Positions 12,585 through 25,690 of a stretch of DNA of 64,000 bases are shown one piece after another. Below the pieces are notes generated by a model. That model searched no databases. It was not told the origin of the DNA and worked only from the letters and a program-made list of their open reading frames with translations. This DNA comes from Callorhinchus milii (Eukaryota), in assembly GCF_018977255.1 (NCBI RefSeq), contig NW_024704742.1, forward strand, positions 7,442,001 to 7,506,000, read 5' to 3'. The position numbers and the translations under genes were made by a program. The stretch's first letter is position 1, and each line of letters opens with the position of its first letter.

Positions 12585-12932
12585 TGGAGTCCTGTTACAG
12601 TGGTTACAGTCCTCGCCTTCTAAGCGAGAGACCTAGGTTCGATTCCTGGACAGGACGAAACGTTGGACAAGTTTCCTTACTCCACACACCTCTGTTTCCC
12701 GAGCAGTAAATAGGAACACAGCAGTAAATAGGAACACAGATTGGCGGATCTGTCAATCGGGTAATAATTGGTCACTCCAATCCACGACTGTTTGTGGGAC
12801 ACTGCTGTGCGCAATTGGCTGTTGCATGTCACCCATAAAATATACAGTCAATTTACTTTTCTGTATATTCTGTGAAGTGCTTTGAGATGTCTCGAAGACG
12901 GGATAAGGCGCTATATCAAATGGAAGGATTAT
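12585..12932 (+). mobile_element. tRNA-SINE long form with an internal 18-bp tandem duplication
   Basis: tggagtcctg..cagtggtta, ggttcgattcc B box, (gcagtaaataggaacaca)x2, standard tail. Confidence 0.92.
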
Positions 12933-13046
12933 AAAGCCTTGAAGGTGGACCTTGAAAGAGGCAAGGGAAGGCTTCAGTCAAAGGGACATCAGGATGGAGT
13001 GCTAGAGGGTGAGGGCAGATTGTTGAAGGAAAGCAGTTGGCAATTT

Positions 13047-13093
13047 ATAGAGATGTTGAGTTTATAGAGACGTCGGGTTTATAGAGATGTTGA
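13047..13093. repeat. 17-bp minisatellite, about 3 units
   Basis: tttatagagatgttgag / tttatagagacgtcggg / tttatagagatgttgag (starts ~13044). Confidence 0.85.
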
Positions 13094-13299
13094 GGTAAAT
13101 CGTATGATGTTGTTGTGTATAAATTGACGATGAGCTGCTTCTTAACACTGATGAATAATTCAGTGAACATACCAATTTTATTTAGCGGGACACCGCCTTA
13201 ACTAAACAAAACCACTCCCATAAATCTTGTTAACTGGTAATCCACCATCACTATCCACACTCCAATGTGCAGCTCAGCTCGCTTCTCAAATGCAACCAT

Positions 13300-13699
13300 T
13301 ATAATAATAATAATAAACCTTGCATTTGATATAGCGCTTTTCATGTCTTCTAGACGTCTCAAAGCGCTTTACAGAATATAATAATAATAATAATAATCCT
13401 TGCATTTGATATAGCGCTTTTCACGTCGGGAGGACGTCCCAAAGCGCTTCACAGAATACACTGTAAAGTGAATTGACTGTATATTTGTGGGCGAAACGCG
13501 GCAGCCAATTGCGCACAGCAGCGTCCCACAAACAGTCGTGGATTGAGAATGACCAATTTATTATTGTTTTGCTCTTGGAAGGATTATTATTAGGTGTGTG
13601 GCGTAAGGAAACTTGTCCAAGGTTTTGCCCTGCCGGGAATTGAACCCAGGTGTCTCGCTTGCAAGGCGAGTGCTCTAACCACTGAGCTACAGGACTCCA
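13300..13699 (-). mobile_element. Short-form tRNA-SINE (13381-13699) abutting a second SINE tail (13300-13380)
   Basis: Two successive (aat)n-ccttgcatttgatatagcgc tails; the full head ends ctacaggactcca at 13699. Confidence 0.93.
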
Positions 13700-14149
13700 T
13701 TGGGACCAAGTGTCACAGGGGGAAGGCAGGGAGGGCTGGAGGGCATCGAGACATGTATTAAATATCAAAGGTCACTAAATTGACTGCCAGTGTTCGTTAC
13801 AACATCAGTGTTAATTAACACGTGGCAACATCACAAACTTACCCCATCATTAACAGAAGTCAAATGTTAACAACAATGAAATATGAGATCAGTGTTTCCC
13901 CAAACTGAGCTTTAAAGGAAAACATCTTTGTGGCAGTACTTGTACAGATTGGCCTCTATCAGCACTGGCCTTTGTGTTGGTGGCAGCGAATATCTTTATA
14001 AGGCATCTGCATATTGCAGCAGAGTCATTTTTGACAACTTTTTTGTAAGTCAACAGGGACAGCTGGTTACCCTCTGAAATAGTAAAACATAACATAGTGT
14101 GATTCCTCCTCCCTCCTTGCAAACGTAGTAAACATATAGATAAACAATC

Positions 14150-14490
14150 ATAATAATAATCCTTGCATTTGACATAGCACCTTGTCACATCTTCGAGATG
14201 TCTCAAAGCACTTCACAGAATACATACACAAAAAAAAGTACACTCAATCCACAACTGTTTGTGGGACACTGCCGTGTGCAATTGGCTGCCTAGTTTCGCC
14301 CACAAAATATACAGTCAACTCACTTTTTTTACAGTATATTCTGTGAAGCTCCTTGACATATCTCGAAGATGTGATAAGGCGCTATATCAAGTGCAAGAAT
14401 TATTATTATTGCGTTTAATTTTAGTGCCTTGGGACGTCCTCCCGACGTGAAAGGTGCTTTACAAATGTTGTTGTCGTTTGTTGTTGTTAT
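14150..14490. mobile_element. Cluster: SINE tail (-), SINE 3' half (+), L2 tail (+)
   Basis: Inverted SINE tails followed by cttgggacgtcctcccgacgtgaaaggtgct...(ttg)n. Confidence 0.85.
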
Positions 14491-14813
14491 TATACTGTAA
14501 AGTGGATTGACTGTATATTTTGTGAGCGAAAAAGTGGATCGTGAAGTGGATGACTAATTTATTTGGGAGATTGTTGGAAGAATTAGGAACTCAAGACCTG
14601 CACATTGGATTTGAACTCAGAACCTTCTGACCTAAAGGCAGGAACACTTAACAACTGAGGAAAACTGATGCCACCTGATGGAAATTAGACCCATTACCAG
14701 TTTCCTCCTTTGCCCTCATGCAACAGGAAAAAAAAGCCTCACAAGATGATAATGATGCTCCTGAGGAAAGACAAAACTCACCCGACTGTGATGGCCGGTG
14801 AATTTAAGGAAGA

Positions 14814-14893
14814 GTGACTTAAGCTCGTGACTTAGCAGTGAATCACAGGCTCAGTCATTTGTTCTGCTGAAGCCGGGCTGCCTGTGACTAAGC
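14814..14893. promoter_or_regulatory. Candidate ARE/MARE (CNC-sMaf/AP-1) motif cluster
   Basis: GTGACTTAGCA 14827-14837, ATGACTGAGC (-) 14849-14858, GTGACTAAGC 14884-14893, in non-repetitive DNA. Confidence 0.45.
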
Positions 14894-15134
14894 CACATTA
14901 ATGTCCAGCTGATAAAAACCCTTTTCTTTCATTATACGCCTCTTTGCCTGCTGATACTGCTGGCTTCTCGTTCAGTTGAGGGTTGCAGTTGTCAGCAGAG
15001 ATGCCGTCAAGTTTCAGGAAGCACAACAACTGTAGATTTCCTCAGTGCTCTGTGGTACAGTAGGAACAGACATCAGTGATAGCGAAACTGTTCACATTGT
15101 GCTGGTGTGAGCCCCATGTTCAGTCACACATGCA

Positions 15135-15555
15135 TCTCTATAGTGCCCCTCATGCAGGTTAGCGCCCCAGAGCGTCTGACCATGGCGGGAGCCATGACGC
15201 TGAGCCAGGGGGAGGGGGGAGGTAACCGTAGGCACGGTCGGAGAGGAAAGACTTCGAGCACGACCTGAAGATGGGGAAGGAAGGGGCAAGGCAGAGGAAT
15301 TGAGGGAGAGTGTTCCGGAGTTTCGGGGCGTAGGGGCTGAAAGTGCGGCACGAGGGACAAGCAGGAGGCCGGAGCCAGTCGAGCAGAGGCAGCGGGTTGT
15401 AGGTTCGGGGAGTAAGCTGGTCGGGGAGGTAGGGAGGTATTCAGGGCACGAAGGGCATGAAGGGATTTGAAGACGAGTGTGAGGATCTTGAAATCGATCC
15501 GTTCAGTGATAGGGACCCAGTGGAGAATGACTAGAACTGGTGTGATGGGGGGTGC
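15135..15555 (-). mobile_element. L2 3' fragment
   Basis: Minus strand carries the tccactgggtccctatc...atcgatttcaagatcctc (LHWxP..RIDFKIL) region and an L2 tail. Confidence 0.85.
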
Positions 15556-16622
15556 AGGGTTATTATCTCGTTAAGATGTATCAAAGCGCCTCACAGAATA
15601 TAGCGTAAATCGACTGTATATTTTATGAGCGAAACGAAATGGCCTCTGTGGGCTTTAAAGTTTTAAGATGAACTAAAATCAATAGATAAAATGAAATTGT
15701 ATTTATCTATTTGAACAAAATTGAAGACAAAATAAAAATGATAAAGAAATATAAAAAAAATACTGTTTTGAAACAGAGAAATAAATAAATGAAATAATCC
15801 TGGTAATGTCTCCAGCTGGTCATATTGTAATAAGAGGTGACGCTGAGTGGATTAAAGATCCTGGGCTATAGCTTCATGGACTAAATTGTCATACTGCTCC
15901 ACCTGCCAACATATATATCGGACCTTTGTGCCACGAGGCAGTCTCTTGCCTCTTGTACTCCGCTCCACATAGAGCTGTTTTGTGTGGCTGAATAAATACT
16001 AAACACCTCATTTAATTCAATTCGCACCAGCCCCCGTCTCCATAGGCGCGTAGGGAAGAAAGCAACCTCTCACATCCTCGCGCAAACGTTCAGGCAGATT
16101 TGTAACAGTGAACCAAATCCAAATCAATCGCTGGCACCTACAGACTGCATTACTGAAAGCCTCCATCCATTCCTTTGCCGCACAATGTAAAAGTAACACA
16201 GGGTAAATTGGGATCAATGTCCCGTACGAATAGCCAACTGACCCTCACTGTGGAGGCTTCCACGCGAAAAAATGTCACTTAGACGAGGTAACAGAGAGTT
16301 CCTGGAGATTGTTAAATTAAATTATTGCTGGATAGGACAGAGACTCTGCTACATATGTTGTAAGGGCTGACACTTCAGTCCTGCCTGCGCACCTCTGTGG
16401 GGTGGATAAGAGGATAGGGAAAAGGCTGGGCTGTGGTTTTCACTTTACTGGTTTCCACAGGCCTTTCCCAATGGTTATTTTTCACATAATTGAAGCCATG
16501 ACTTGGAAATAATAAAGAACAAGTCATGTTGAGCAGGCGTTGTCTTGCAGTTGTTTCCAAGGTTTTCTATTCTGCCTGGCAGATGGTAAACACCAACTCC
16601 TCAGGACATTTGACCCACTCTG

Positions 16623-17011
16623 TAATAATAATATTAATAATAATACTTGCATTTGATATAGCACCTTATCACTTATTCGAGACTTCTCAAAGTGCTTCAC
16701 AGAATATACTGTAAAGTGAATTCATTGTAGGTTTTGGGGATGAAACTCGGCAGCCGATTGCACACAACAGTGTTCCACAAACAGTCGTGGATTAAGTGAC
16801 CACATTCTTATTATTTAATTAAAATGCAAAAAAAAATTAAGGGATTATTATCCCTGGAAAAGCGATCCAACAATCGGTTAATACTTACTGCTAGGTAAAC
16901 AGAGGCGTGTGGAGTAAGGAAACTTTCCCAACATTTGGCCCTGCCGAGAATTAAATCCTGGTCCTCTCATTTGCCAGACAAGTGATCTAACCGCTGAGCT
17001 ACAGGACTCCA
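16623..17011 (-). mobile_element. tRNA-SINE long form, full length
   Basis: Head, central block, body and (ATT)n tail are all present. Confidence 0.93.
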
Positions 17012-18464
17012 GTATCTGACAACATAAGTTCTGTGTAGGAGCAGACAGCTATAATGTACATAGAATTGTCACACGTTCATTACAGAAGCCTCCTGGGTCT
17101 CCATCAACTTCCCACCATCCTGAACCCATTTACAATTGTTCCCATACGCAAATGTTGTTTAGTCTGATGGGATCATCAGGTTTTCCCACAAAACGTGAAC
17201 ACGTTCCCATTGGAAGAGTAATAAAACTTGTCAGTGGGAGTGGGCAGGAGAAGTTCACTGGAGGCGACCACACATTAACAGCAGTTTCAGAAATATGCAG
17301 GTCATTGACTGGCATTTTTACTGCGGGTGCAAAGTGGGGATTCCATCATTTACAGGCTGATTGTTTTGTGATCAATATGCTTTGCCCGGCACGTCTGAAA
17401 TTGTTGCTTTGATGGCACTGACCTTACAAATGCTGCCGACTGCATTTTTAGAGACCAGGTGCAAAATTCTTAAAAGTGCTCATGTGTCAAAGAAGCACAT
17501 AAAAGCTGGCACGCACACTCTAAATTGGTATCAATAAAGTCAGCTTTTTGACTCTCGCTTCGCTTGGGATGAGAGGGAATGGTGAGGAATGGTGTGTCTG
17601 CTCCGTACACCACGGCGTGAAAGTTAAGAAGTTAATTTGACTTTTTTGTGGCACAAAAATAAAAGTCGTTCGGTATCTACTTTCACTTTGGATCCTCTGG
17701 CGGGGGTGGGTGTTGGGGTCTAACAGACGACAATTACTAAAAGCAGCGGCGATTTTGTTCTTTCTTTGCAATAGGTCTGTCCACTGTACACAAGTGACTA
17801 AAACTAACTAAAAGGTTGCGCAGGATCGAAACCCTTACTTCTTTCAGAAGTTCAGAAGTTAAGAGAAAAGAATCCCCTAAACGTTTTACTTTTGAAACTG
17901 AAAGAAATATGGGAATTAAAGCTGCAGTGTTGTTACACACTCTCTGTTCCTATTGAAGGACCTGCGTAAAATGTGTTTTAAAATAGCCTCCCCCCACCCG
18001 TCCCCAAACCATCCATAGCTTCTGGCTAAATGTAAAGCTATAAACTGGTGAAAAGCCCTTGAATTCCTACATTAGTTTTTGCGTGCTAACTAAGGCTTTT
18101 CCAAGCTGAGTTACGCTAGTAATCTGTGAAGAAGCTCGTGGTAATAGAAGGTCATCAAAATCTTAATAAAAATAACAATAATATTAATAATAATAATCCT
18201 TGCATTCACTCTTCAAACCTAACAGGGTTTAAAAATTGTTTAAAAAACCCTGAGAGTGTTAGTGGATCAACAATGCTGTCCTTACACCTCTGGGACCTCT
18301 GGGCTTGAACGCAGCATCAAACAGACAGGACAAAACTTTTTTTTCTCCGTCAGAGCTTCGGTTCCTGTGAGAAAGGAGTTCACAATGTATCAGCTCAGTG
18401 GGAGTGCTTACACAGCACTGAATTGATAACTTCACTCAGAGAATCATCAGAGTACAGTAACTAA

Positions 18465-19190
18465 AAATAAAAATGATCGTCTTTACATTTGATGTCGTGC
18501 CTTGAGCACCTTGAGGATGTCTCAAAGCACTTCACAGGAATTTCTGTAAAGTGTAGTGACTGTGTATTCTGCAGATGACACAGCAGCTGCAATGCCCTAC
18601 AAAAAACCATGGCCTGATTAATAATAATAATAATAATCCTTGCATTTGATATAGCGCTTTTCACGTCTGGAGGACGTCCCAAAGCGCTTCACAGAACACA
18701 CTGTAAAGTGAATTGACTGTATATTTGTGGGCGAACGCGGCAGCCAATTGCACACAGCAATGTCCCACAAACAGTCGTAGATTGAAAATGACCAATTTAT
18801 TATTGTTTTTTTTTTTGGAGGGATTATTATTAGGCTCTGTGTGGAGTAAGGAAACTTGCCCAAGGTTTCGCCTGGAATTGAACTCAGGTCTCTCACTTGC
18901 AAAGCGAGTGCTCTAACCACAATTGACTGAGTGGCAATTTTATTTGATTTTTTTGAAATTGAAATTTGGGGGATTATTGGCCAGGCAAGCGGCAGAAACA
19001 CCCTGTTCTTTTGAAATAATGTCATAGAATCTTTAACATTCACCTGGACAGACAGACTAGACCATGGTTTACCATCTCATCTGAAGAACGACATGTGTAA
19101 CAGTCACTAGAGTATCAGCCTGAGTTTAAAGTCCTGACTTGAACCATAACCTACTGACTCGAGAGGAGACAGTGCCATGAACTGAGTCAG
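18465..19190 (-). mobile_element. Old Deu-domain SINE with a nested young short-form SINE (18618-18919)
   Basis: The flanks carry Deu-type sequence (aatctttaacattcacctggacagacag, ccatctcatctgaagaacg); the insert is near-identical to 1543-1879. Confidence 0.85.
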
Positions 19191-19559
19191 GCTAACACAC
19201 ATATGAGGATTGGACACTGAGCAAATATATAATGCGAGATGTGCTACTCAGGTCTGAACTCATGACACTGTTATATTGTGGTTCTAAATGCAGTGCCAAA
19301 CTGGGATTCACCACCTCATTCCCAACGTTTGTCTCTTCTACATTATGGAGAGCGCTTGCAGGAAAATCACAGCAATCACCTGGCCTCAATGCACAAGGAG
19401 CACAGGCACAAAAGATGATCCAAAAAACTAATTTCCCCAATTCTCCTCTGCCCAAACAATGTTGGTTAAACCAGGAAAACTGACGTGATATGTGCCTGAA
19501 TGTTAATCTCAGGGCTTTTCCTAGTTCAGACAGTGAATCTAAATCAAATGGTTTGGTGT

Positions 19560-19668
19560 ATAATAATAATCCTTGCATTTGATGTAGTACCTTATCACGT
19601 CTTCGAGACGTCTCAAACTGCTTCACATAATATACTGTAAAATGAATTGACTGTATATTTTGTGGGTG
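19560..19668 (-). mobile_element. SINE 3' tail
   Basis: ccttgcatttgatgtagtaccttatcacgtcttcgagacgtctcaaa. Confidence 0.85.
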
Positions 19669-19804
19669 TATAAGGGTGTGAATCACTGAGCTACTTATAC
19701 AATGCTCAGATCATTTTCATTGCAGTGTCAGACATTCACTTTGACCAGGGTTCTCCCAAATTCAGCAATGGATATGAGGGCTGTTTTACCCTATGAGTCA
19801 TGCA

Positions 19805-20195
19805 ATACAATTTACATTTATATGGCGCCTTTCACTTTGGGAGGACGTCCCAAGGCGCTGGACAGTCAGTATTTCGCACCTGAGCTGGGGGTCGTGATTG
19901 GGAAGGGCGGAGGGCAGGGGGGAAGCAGGGTGATTGAAAGTACGGTTGAAGAGGAGGGTCTTGAGATTGGTTTGAAGGAGGCAAGGGAGGGGCGAGTCGG
20001 AGGGACTGTGGGATGGAGTTCCAGAAGGTAGGGATAGAGTGGCAGAAGACCCACCCGCCAATGGTGGGGCATGCGAGGCAGAAGTCGTGAAGCAGGCCGG
20101 AGCCCGCTGAGCAGAGGGAGCGGGCAGGATGGAAGGAGGTTAGGAGGTCGCAAATAGAGGGAACAAGGGGGGGCAGAATGGCTACAAGTTTGATC
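19805..20195 (-). mobile_element. L2 3' fragment
   Basis: PSICDLLTSFHPARSLCSAGSGLL...PTIGG...PTFWNSIPQSLRLA plus tail. Confidence 0.92.
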
Positions 20196-21094
20196 ACTGA
20201 TGGTGGGGAAGATAAAGGATTACATCAGTTGCAAGGATTATTATTGTTATAACACTATACGACACCTACAATGTCCAGACATGTCAAAGGGCTTCACAGG
20301 TACTTGCTGCATTGTGAAGTGACTGCGTATTTTGTAGAACACAGCAGCCAATTTGCACAGCAATGCTCCACAAGCATGAAGCGAATGGTCAATTTATCTG
20401 GAGGATCGTTGGCCAAGGAACAACTCTGGAAAACAAACTTGTATCAGAAAACCAACCTGAATTATAATACATTGTCGAGTGCAAATAAAGGAACTTCACT
20501 TCGCATCTGGTTGTGCTGTACTTGACCTGAGAGTGCTCAATGCTGCAGATTTGACATATTTATATAAATATACTCAAAGGAAACCAGTGTGGTCACTAGG
20601 TATAATCAGCTGTGTATAGTGTGCTCAAAGCACCAAGGTAACAGCTGCTTGAGTGCTGGTTTTGTTCAAATCCAGGACAATGACACCGCAGGGGATTTAT
20701 CTCCATTTATATGTTTCCTCGTGGATATCTAAACATCCAGCATGTTCTCCGGGTACTTCAAGCAACCCCCAAGAGTGGAAAATATCACGGAGATAATGCA
20801 GAAATAAAGAAAAGGTTCCAATTTTACAGGCCCCTTTAAAAGGAACAGGGAGCACAGTGCAACTTTATGAGATTTCCTGAGCTTGGTTTGAATTCTGCTC
20901 TTCTCTGTCGTGCCCAGTCCAGCACTAACATAATCAAGGGGCAGAGTTACTAGGAAGATGATCCCACTCTTATCATGATGGGGCAAATACTGTAATGAAT
21001 TGTGCGCCGTGCTGCGTGATATATTGAGATCATAACAAACATAAATCGTCTTGGTACAAATAGGGTCAATAGCACGGTAGTTCGAAACATTCGA

Positions 21095-21330
21095 TATAGC
21101 ATTTGATATAGTGCCTTATCATGTCTCCAAGATGTTGCAAAGTGTTTCACGGGATATTCTGTAATGTCTGGTGACTCGATATTTGTAGGCAACTTGGCAG
21201 CTAACAGTCATTGAAGTGAGTGAGTAACAAATTTTATTTGGGGGTATGCTGACCAATAGAGCCACGGGATCTTTTACACCCTCCTGAACTCTCAGGTTTA
21301 ATGTCTCATCCAAAAGATGTTGATGTTGAG
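21095..21330 (-). mobile_element. Degenerate Deu-domain SINE
   Basis: gccacgggatcttttacacc...ctcaggtttaatgtctcatccaaaaga. Confidence 0.7.
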
Positions 21331-23546
21331 ACCGTTTAAGTTCCAACCTGTCTAGAGGGAGAAACCATTCTACCGAAGGTGGCCAGAAGATGTGTGTGGT
21401 GGTGGGTGGGGGTGGGGGTCTTGTTGGACTATGAAAGACACAAAACGATTGCATTTTTTTGTCCTTGCAACAATTATCACATCACATATAGCATTTTACC
21501 TCTAATTTTCACAGCCCATCACCTGGAAGTTCTTCCCATGTAAAGGCGCTAAATAAATGCAAATTGTTGTTGTGGAAGTGTATCTCTTCCTACCTTCAAC
21601 ACATCTCTTTAACATGTGGCTTTGTGGCTTTAGTAACCTCCCTCAAATCCCCCCTCCTTGCCTTGTGATGACACAGATGCTCACTGTATCATCATTGTGA
21701 AATACTTATGTGAAAAGTGTTACGGAAGTGCATGTTATTGCTGCAGTTCTATCAAAGCCCAATGTGTCTGTGCTTTCTCTATTAAAGAGCAATCCTTTCA
21801 GTCCCATTAACCTGCCTTTTCCGCACACTCCTGTACATCCACAGACTGTTGAAGTGGAAACAAAAGCAGTGTTGAAAGACGTTGTTAAGAATCATTTGTA
21901 ACATCACAATCCATTCACCTCCAGGGTCTGCTAAAGGCAGGAATGAAATCGATGGGACATCTCTGGAGCCCATCCCCTGGAATTACCATGATAGTGAGGT
22001 GACTACAGATGACACTGTGTGTCTGGACCAGTCTTTCTTTTGCTGGTGTCTGCATTGGCTGCTAAAGACTCTATCCAGTAGAATCAGATTACTCACTGGA
22101 GCGAAAAGCAATTGTGTCTAATATAATACAATTTATATTGGCTTTTCACATTGAGAGGACATCTCAAAGTGCTTTACACAGCTGGCTGGGTACCAGAGCT
22201 GAGGGGTGGGTGGGGAGGGAGGGAGAGAGGAAAGATGACGAAAGAGCAGTCAAAGAAATATGTTTTGGCTGTGTTATCCTCTCTTTGTGCGCGTGTGTGC
22301 ATGCGTGTGTTTACTTACCTGTACCCAAGGACACATTGAGAGCAGGACAAATCTTGCACTGGTAGATTGAATAACATCCTATTTGCAACCACTTACTCCA
22401 GGCTGTTTATGTTTATGTGTATCCTGCTATTCAGGGGAAAAGGTCAGACCCAGTGCTTTAGGACTTGTGGCGTTTTTAACCATTCATTGTGTTAATTCAG
22501 AAGTGTTTGGCAATGAGTGGATCTCTCCCCTCTCCAGGCAAGTGGATTCACCCTCAATCATCTGCCAATTTTTGTTGGTATCTATAATTCTTCCAAATGT
22601 AATTGAGGAAAATAGGAAACCAGGAACAGGAGGAGTCCATTCAGTCCACCGAGCCTGCTCACCAGTTTATTATTATTATTATTGTTCAATCTCGGCAAAT
22701 CTTTGATTCCAATTACCCCTTTCTAGTCATTATTCGGTCGCATCTCTTGTTTTTTTGCTTCATGTTTGTTTACTGGATTTGATCATCAAAATAGACACCA
22801 AACTAGCCTTCACCCTGGACCAGACATTATTCGTAAGGGATTTTGAGGCTTGGGAAGGCCCAAAGCATGATAAGTGCTTATAGACACCATGGAATGGAAT
22901 GATTTTCCCCTCTTCACCTTCCAGTACCAGCACTGAACACTCACCAGTTCAGGCAGATATTGGGCCTGGTGCAAAGTGAAGTTCTCTCTCCTCTGACTCA
23001 ACAATTTTCATTCACTACAACTTCAAAAAAGAAGCGCTGACTCCCGCACCCAACTCCCTCCGTTGTCGTTTTAACCTTCTGAATTAGATGATCAATCTAA
23101 GTCTAATTTTTGCCAAATTGTAGGAAGTTTTAAACTCCGTCACTGGGAACTGGGTAAGGTATCAGAATGTTCCAACGGGTTTCAGTCAATATAGAAGGGA
23201 ACCTTTTGTCCATCACTGTAGATTGATTACATTAAGACCGCAGAGGTGAAAGGACAGCTACCACACCACACCGCTTCACTGTTTCTCCTGAAATTTATAT
23301 CTCAGCTTTGTCATAACATCCGCTGTCTTGTATTATCTCCAAATGTTGATGCCTGGGGCTTACCTCGATATACTTACGAGCTGGGTTTTTGTTGCATTCA
23401 TTGTGTTTAAGCACCTAGCTCGCAAGATCCGTTTTTATTTGCCAGCGAGTGGCTTGCAAGCTATTCCAGACTTTGACAAATCTGAGCTTGACGAAACGAA
23501 AGTTGGAATGAACACAACTGATCTGTTTTGTGAGGGATCGGATCCC

Positions 23547-23730
23547 AATAATAATAATATGCATTTGATGTAGCATTTTACGACTTTGAGACGTCTCGAG
23601 GTGCTTCACAGAATATGCTGTAAAGTGAATTGGCCGTGTATATTGTGGGTGAAACGCAGCAGCAGATTGCGCACAGCAGCGTCCCGCAAACAGTTGTGGT
23701 TTGAAGTGACCAAATTCTTATTATTTTTGA
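23547..23730 (-). mobile_element. SINE 3' half
   Basis: Body and tail match the family. Confidence 0.85.
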
Positions 23731-24019
23731 AAGAAAACTTCTATTGCAGGAGGGCCACTTGAGAACCAGTCCTGAACCGGTTCTGAAGTAGCCTGAGGCA
23801 GGTCCCACGGAATCCCACCCTGTTTATATTGTGTCAGAAAATCCAAACCACCAGTTCAACAAATATGCGTGTGCAAATACAGACATGTGCAGTGGTTTGC
23901 AAGGAATGAATCCAAGTTTTTCCTGGCTTTACACCTCCCCCGCTTTCTTGGGAAGAGCCATATAGAACGGACGCCCACTCTGCTCTCAGACAGAAAACAC
24001 GGCAGCCAGTGCTTTGGAT

Positions 24020-24373
24020 GGTCTCAGGTCCTTCCTCTTTGACCGTGTCTTCTGTCATTCTTCCCTCTTCACCCGCCCCCCCGCCCCCACTTTGCCCTCC
24101 ATCTCTCTTGAATCCAACCTCCGACTCGGGTGCAAAGCCACGACTGTCCAATCTGAAAGGAGCAACATAAATAGAATTTGTTGTTGGTTGGTGGAACCTC
24201 CTGTCACAATGTCCACTCTGCCTCATACCTCCTGTTACGCCTCTCTTCCCACCACCGCACTTTTGCTCGTGCTTACGGTCACCTCCCTCTCCCCTTGGCC
24301 CGTTGTCAGATTCCGCCACTGTGATGCTATCCGGCGTGAAGGGCGCTATATAAACGCAAGTTGTTGTTGCTGT
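24020..24373 (+). mobile_element. Two L2 3'-tail fragments
   Basis: ttcctctttgaccgtgtctt...; gtgaagggcgctatataaacgcaagttgttgttg. Confidence 0.75.
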
Positions 24374-25015
24374 TGCCTCTTGCAAGGTTGTACAAGGCAT
24401 GAGGCAGCGCAGAGAGTGATGGGAGAGAGACTGAGCGAGATGCAAAGGACTCAGACCTCGGAGTGGTAAACCGTGTTATTATTATTCCTTGCATTTTGGT
24501 TAATCCAGCCCTGTCGTGGAGGAACAAAGTGTTTGCAAGCATTGTAATGGTGCCCGTTGTCCATCTGCTGTAGCCTCTAAAAGAAAAAATGCGCATATTT
24601 ATAGTAACTTATCACATTGATAAACATTTCGCTGTCATTTCCGTTGACTGTTTTTGTAGGTATATAAAATATTAATAATCCTTGCATTTGGTGTAGCACC
24701 TGTCACATCATGAGGATAACTCAAACCTAATCATAGGATAAACTGTAACCTGCAGGGACTGTATTGTGTAGATAAACGATAGATAAAACAGTTTTGTATC
24801 CTACAAGATCACAAGAACAGGTGTGATGCACATGACCAGTTCATCTGGTGGATTCAAAGGATTGAACTGCTGACAATGCAGCACTCTTTTAGTGCTACAC
24901 TCATCGTTAGTTCACACTCCAAGCTCAAGCTCTGACGTGAGCTTGAACTCTTACCGAGGTAAGAATACTAACTGAGCTAAGATGATATCTGGGGATGAGA
25001 TGATGTCCCATATTG

Positions 25016-25378
25016 TGGAGTCCTGTAGCTCAGTGGTTAGAGCACTCACCTCGCAAGCGAGTACCTGGGTTCAATTCCCGACAGGACAAAACGTTAGACA
25101 AGTTTCCTTACTCTACACACCCCTATTCACATACCAGTAAGTAGGAACCCAATTGTTAGTCGATTAGCGGATAGCTTTTCCGGGGTTTATATTTCCTTAA
25201 AAAAATAATAATTTGATCACTCAATCCACGATTGTTTTGTGCAGTTGGCTGCTATGTTTAACCCACGCAAAAGAAATACAGTCAATTCACTTTACAGTAT
25301 ATTCTGTGAAGCGCTTTGAGACATTTCGAAGACGTGATAAGGCGCCGTATCAAATGCAAGAATTATTGTTATTGTTAT
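25016..25378 (+). mobile_element. tRNA-SINE long form, full length
   Basis: tggagtcctgtagctcagtggttagagc, gggttcaattccc, central block, tail. Confidence 0.95.
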
Positions 25379-25384
25379 ATTTTC

Positions 25385-25690
25385 TTTGGGCCAACATTCC
25401 CCCAGATAAAGTTGATCATTCACTTCATGGTTCTTTGTGAACGTTGTTGTCAGCAAATTGGCTGCTGGGTTCGGTGAATACACAACAACAATAACAAGAT
25501 TACATTTGTACAGCGCCTTTCACGTCGGGAGGACGTCCCAAGGCGCTTGACAGCAGTTCAGACCCGAGCTGAGGTCAGGGAGGGAGAAGGGAGGGGAGGG
25601 TTTACAGTAAAATCCTGTGAAGCACTTTGCGATATCTCAACGATGTGATATAGCGCTGTATCAATTGCAAGGATTATGATTATCATTCTT
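25385..25690. mobile_element. Deu-SINE 3' part (+) interrupted by an L2 tail (-, 25483-25600)
   Basis: The SINE body resumes at tttacagtaaaatcctgtgaagc after the L2 tail insert. Confidence 0.8.

Noticed and set aside
25016..25090. tRNA gene-like sequence (A and B boxes)
   Set aside because: It is the head of a multi-copy SINE, continuous with the SINE body and tail; the same applies to all other copies
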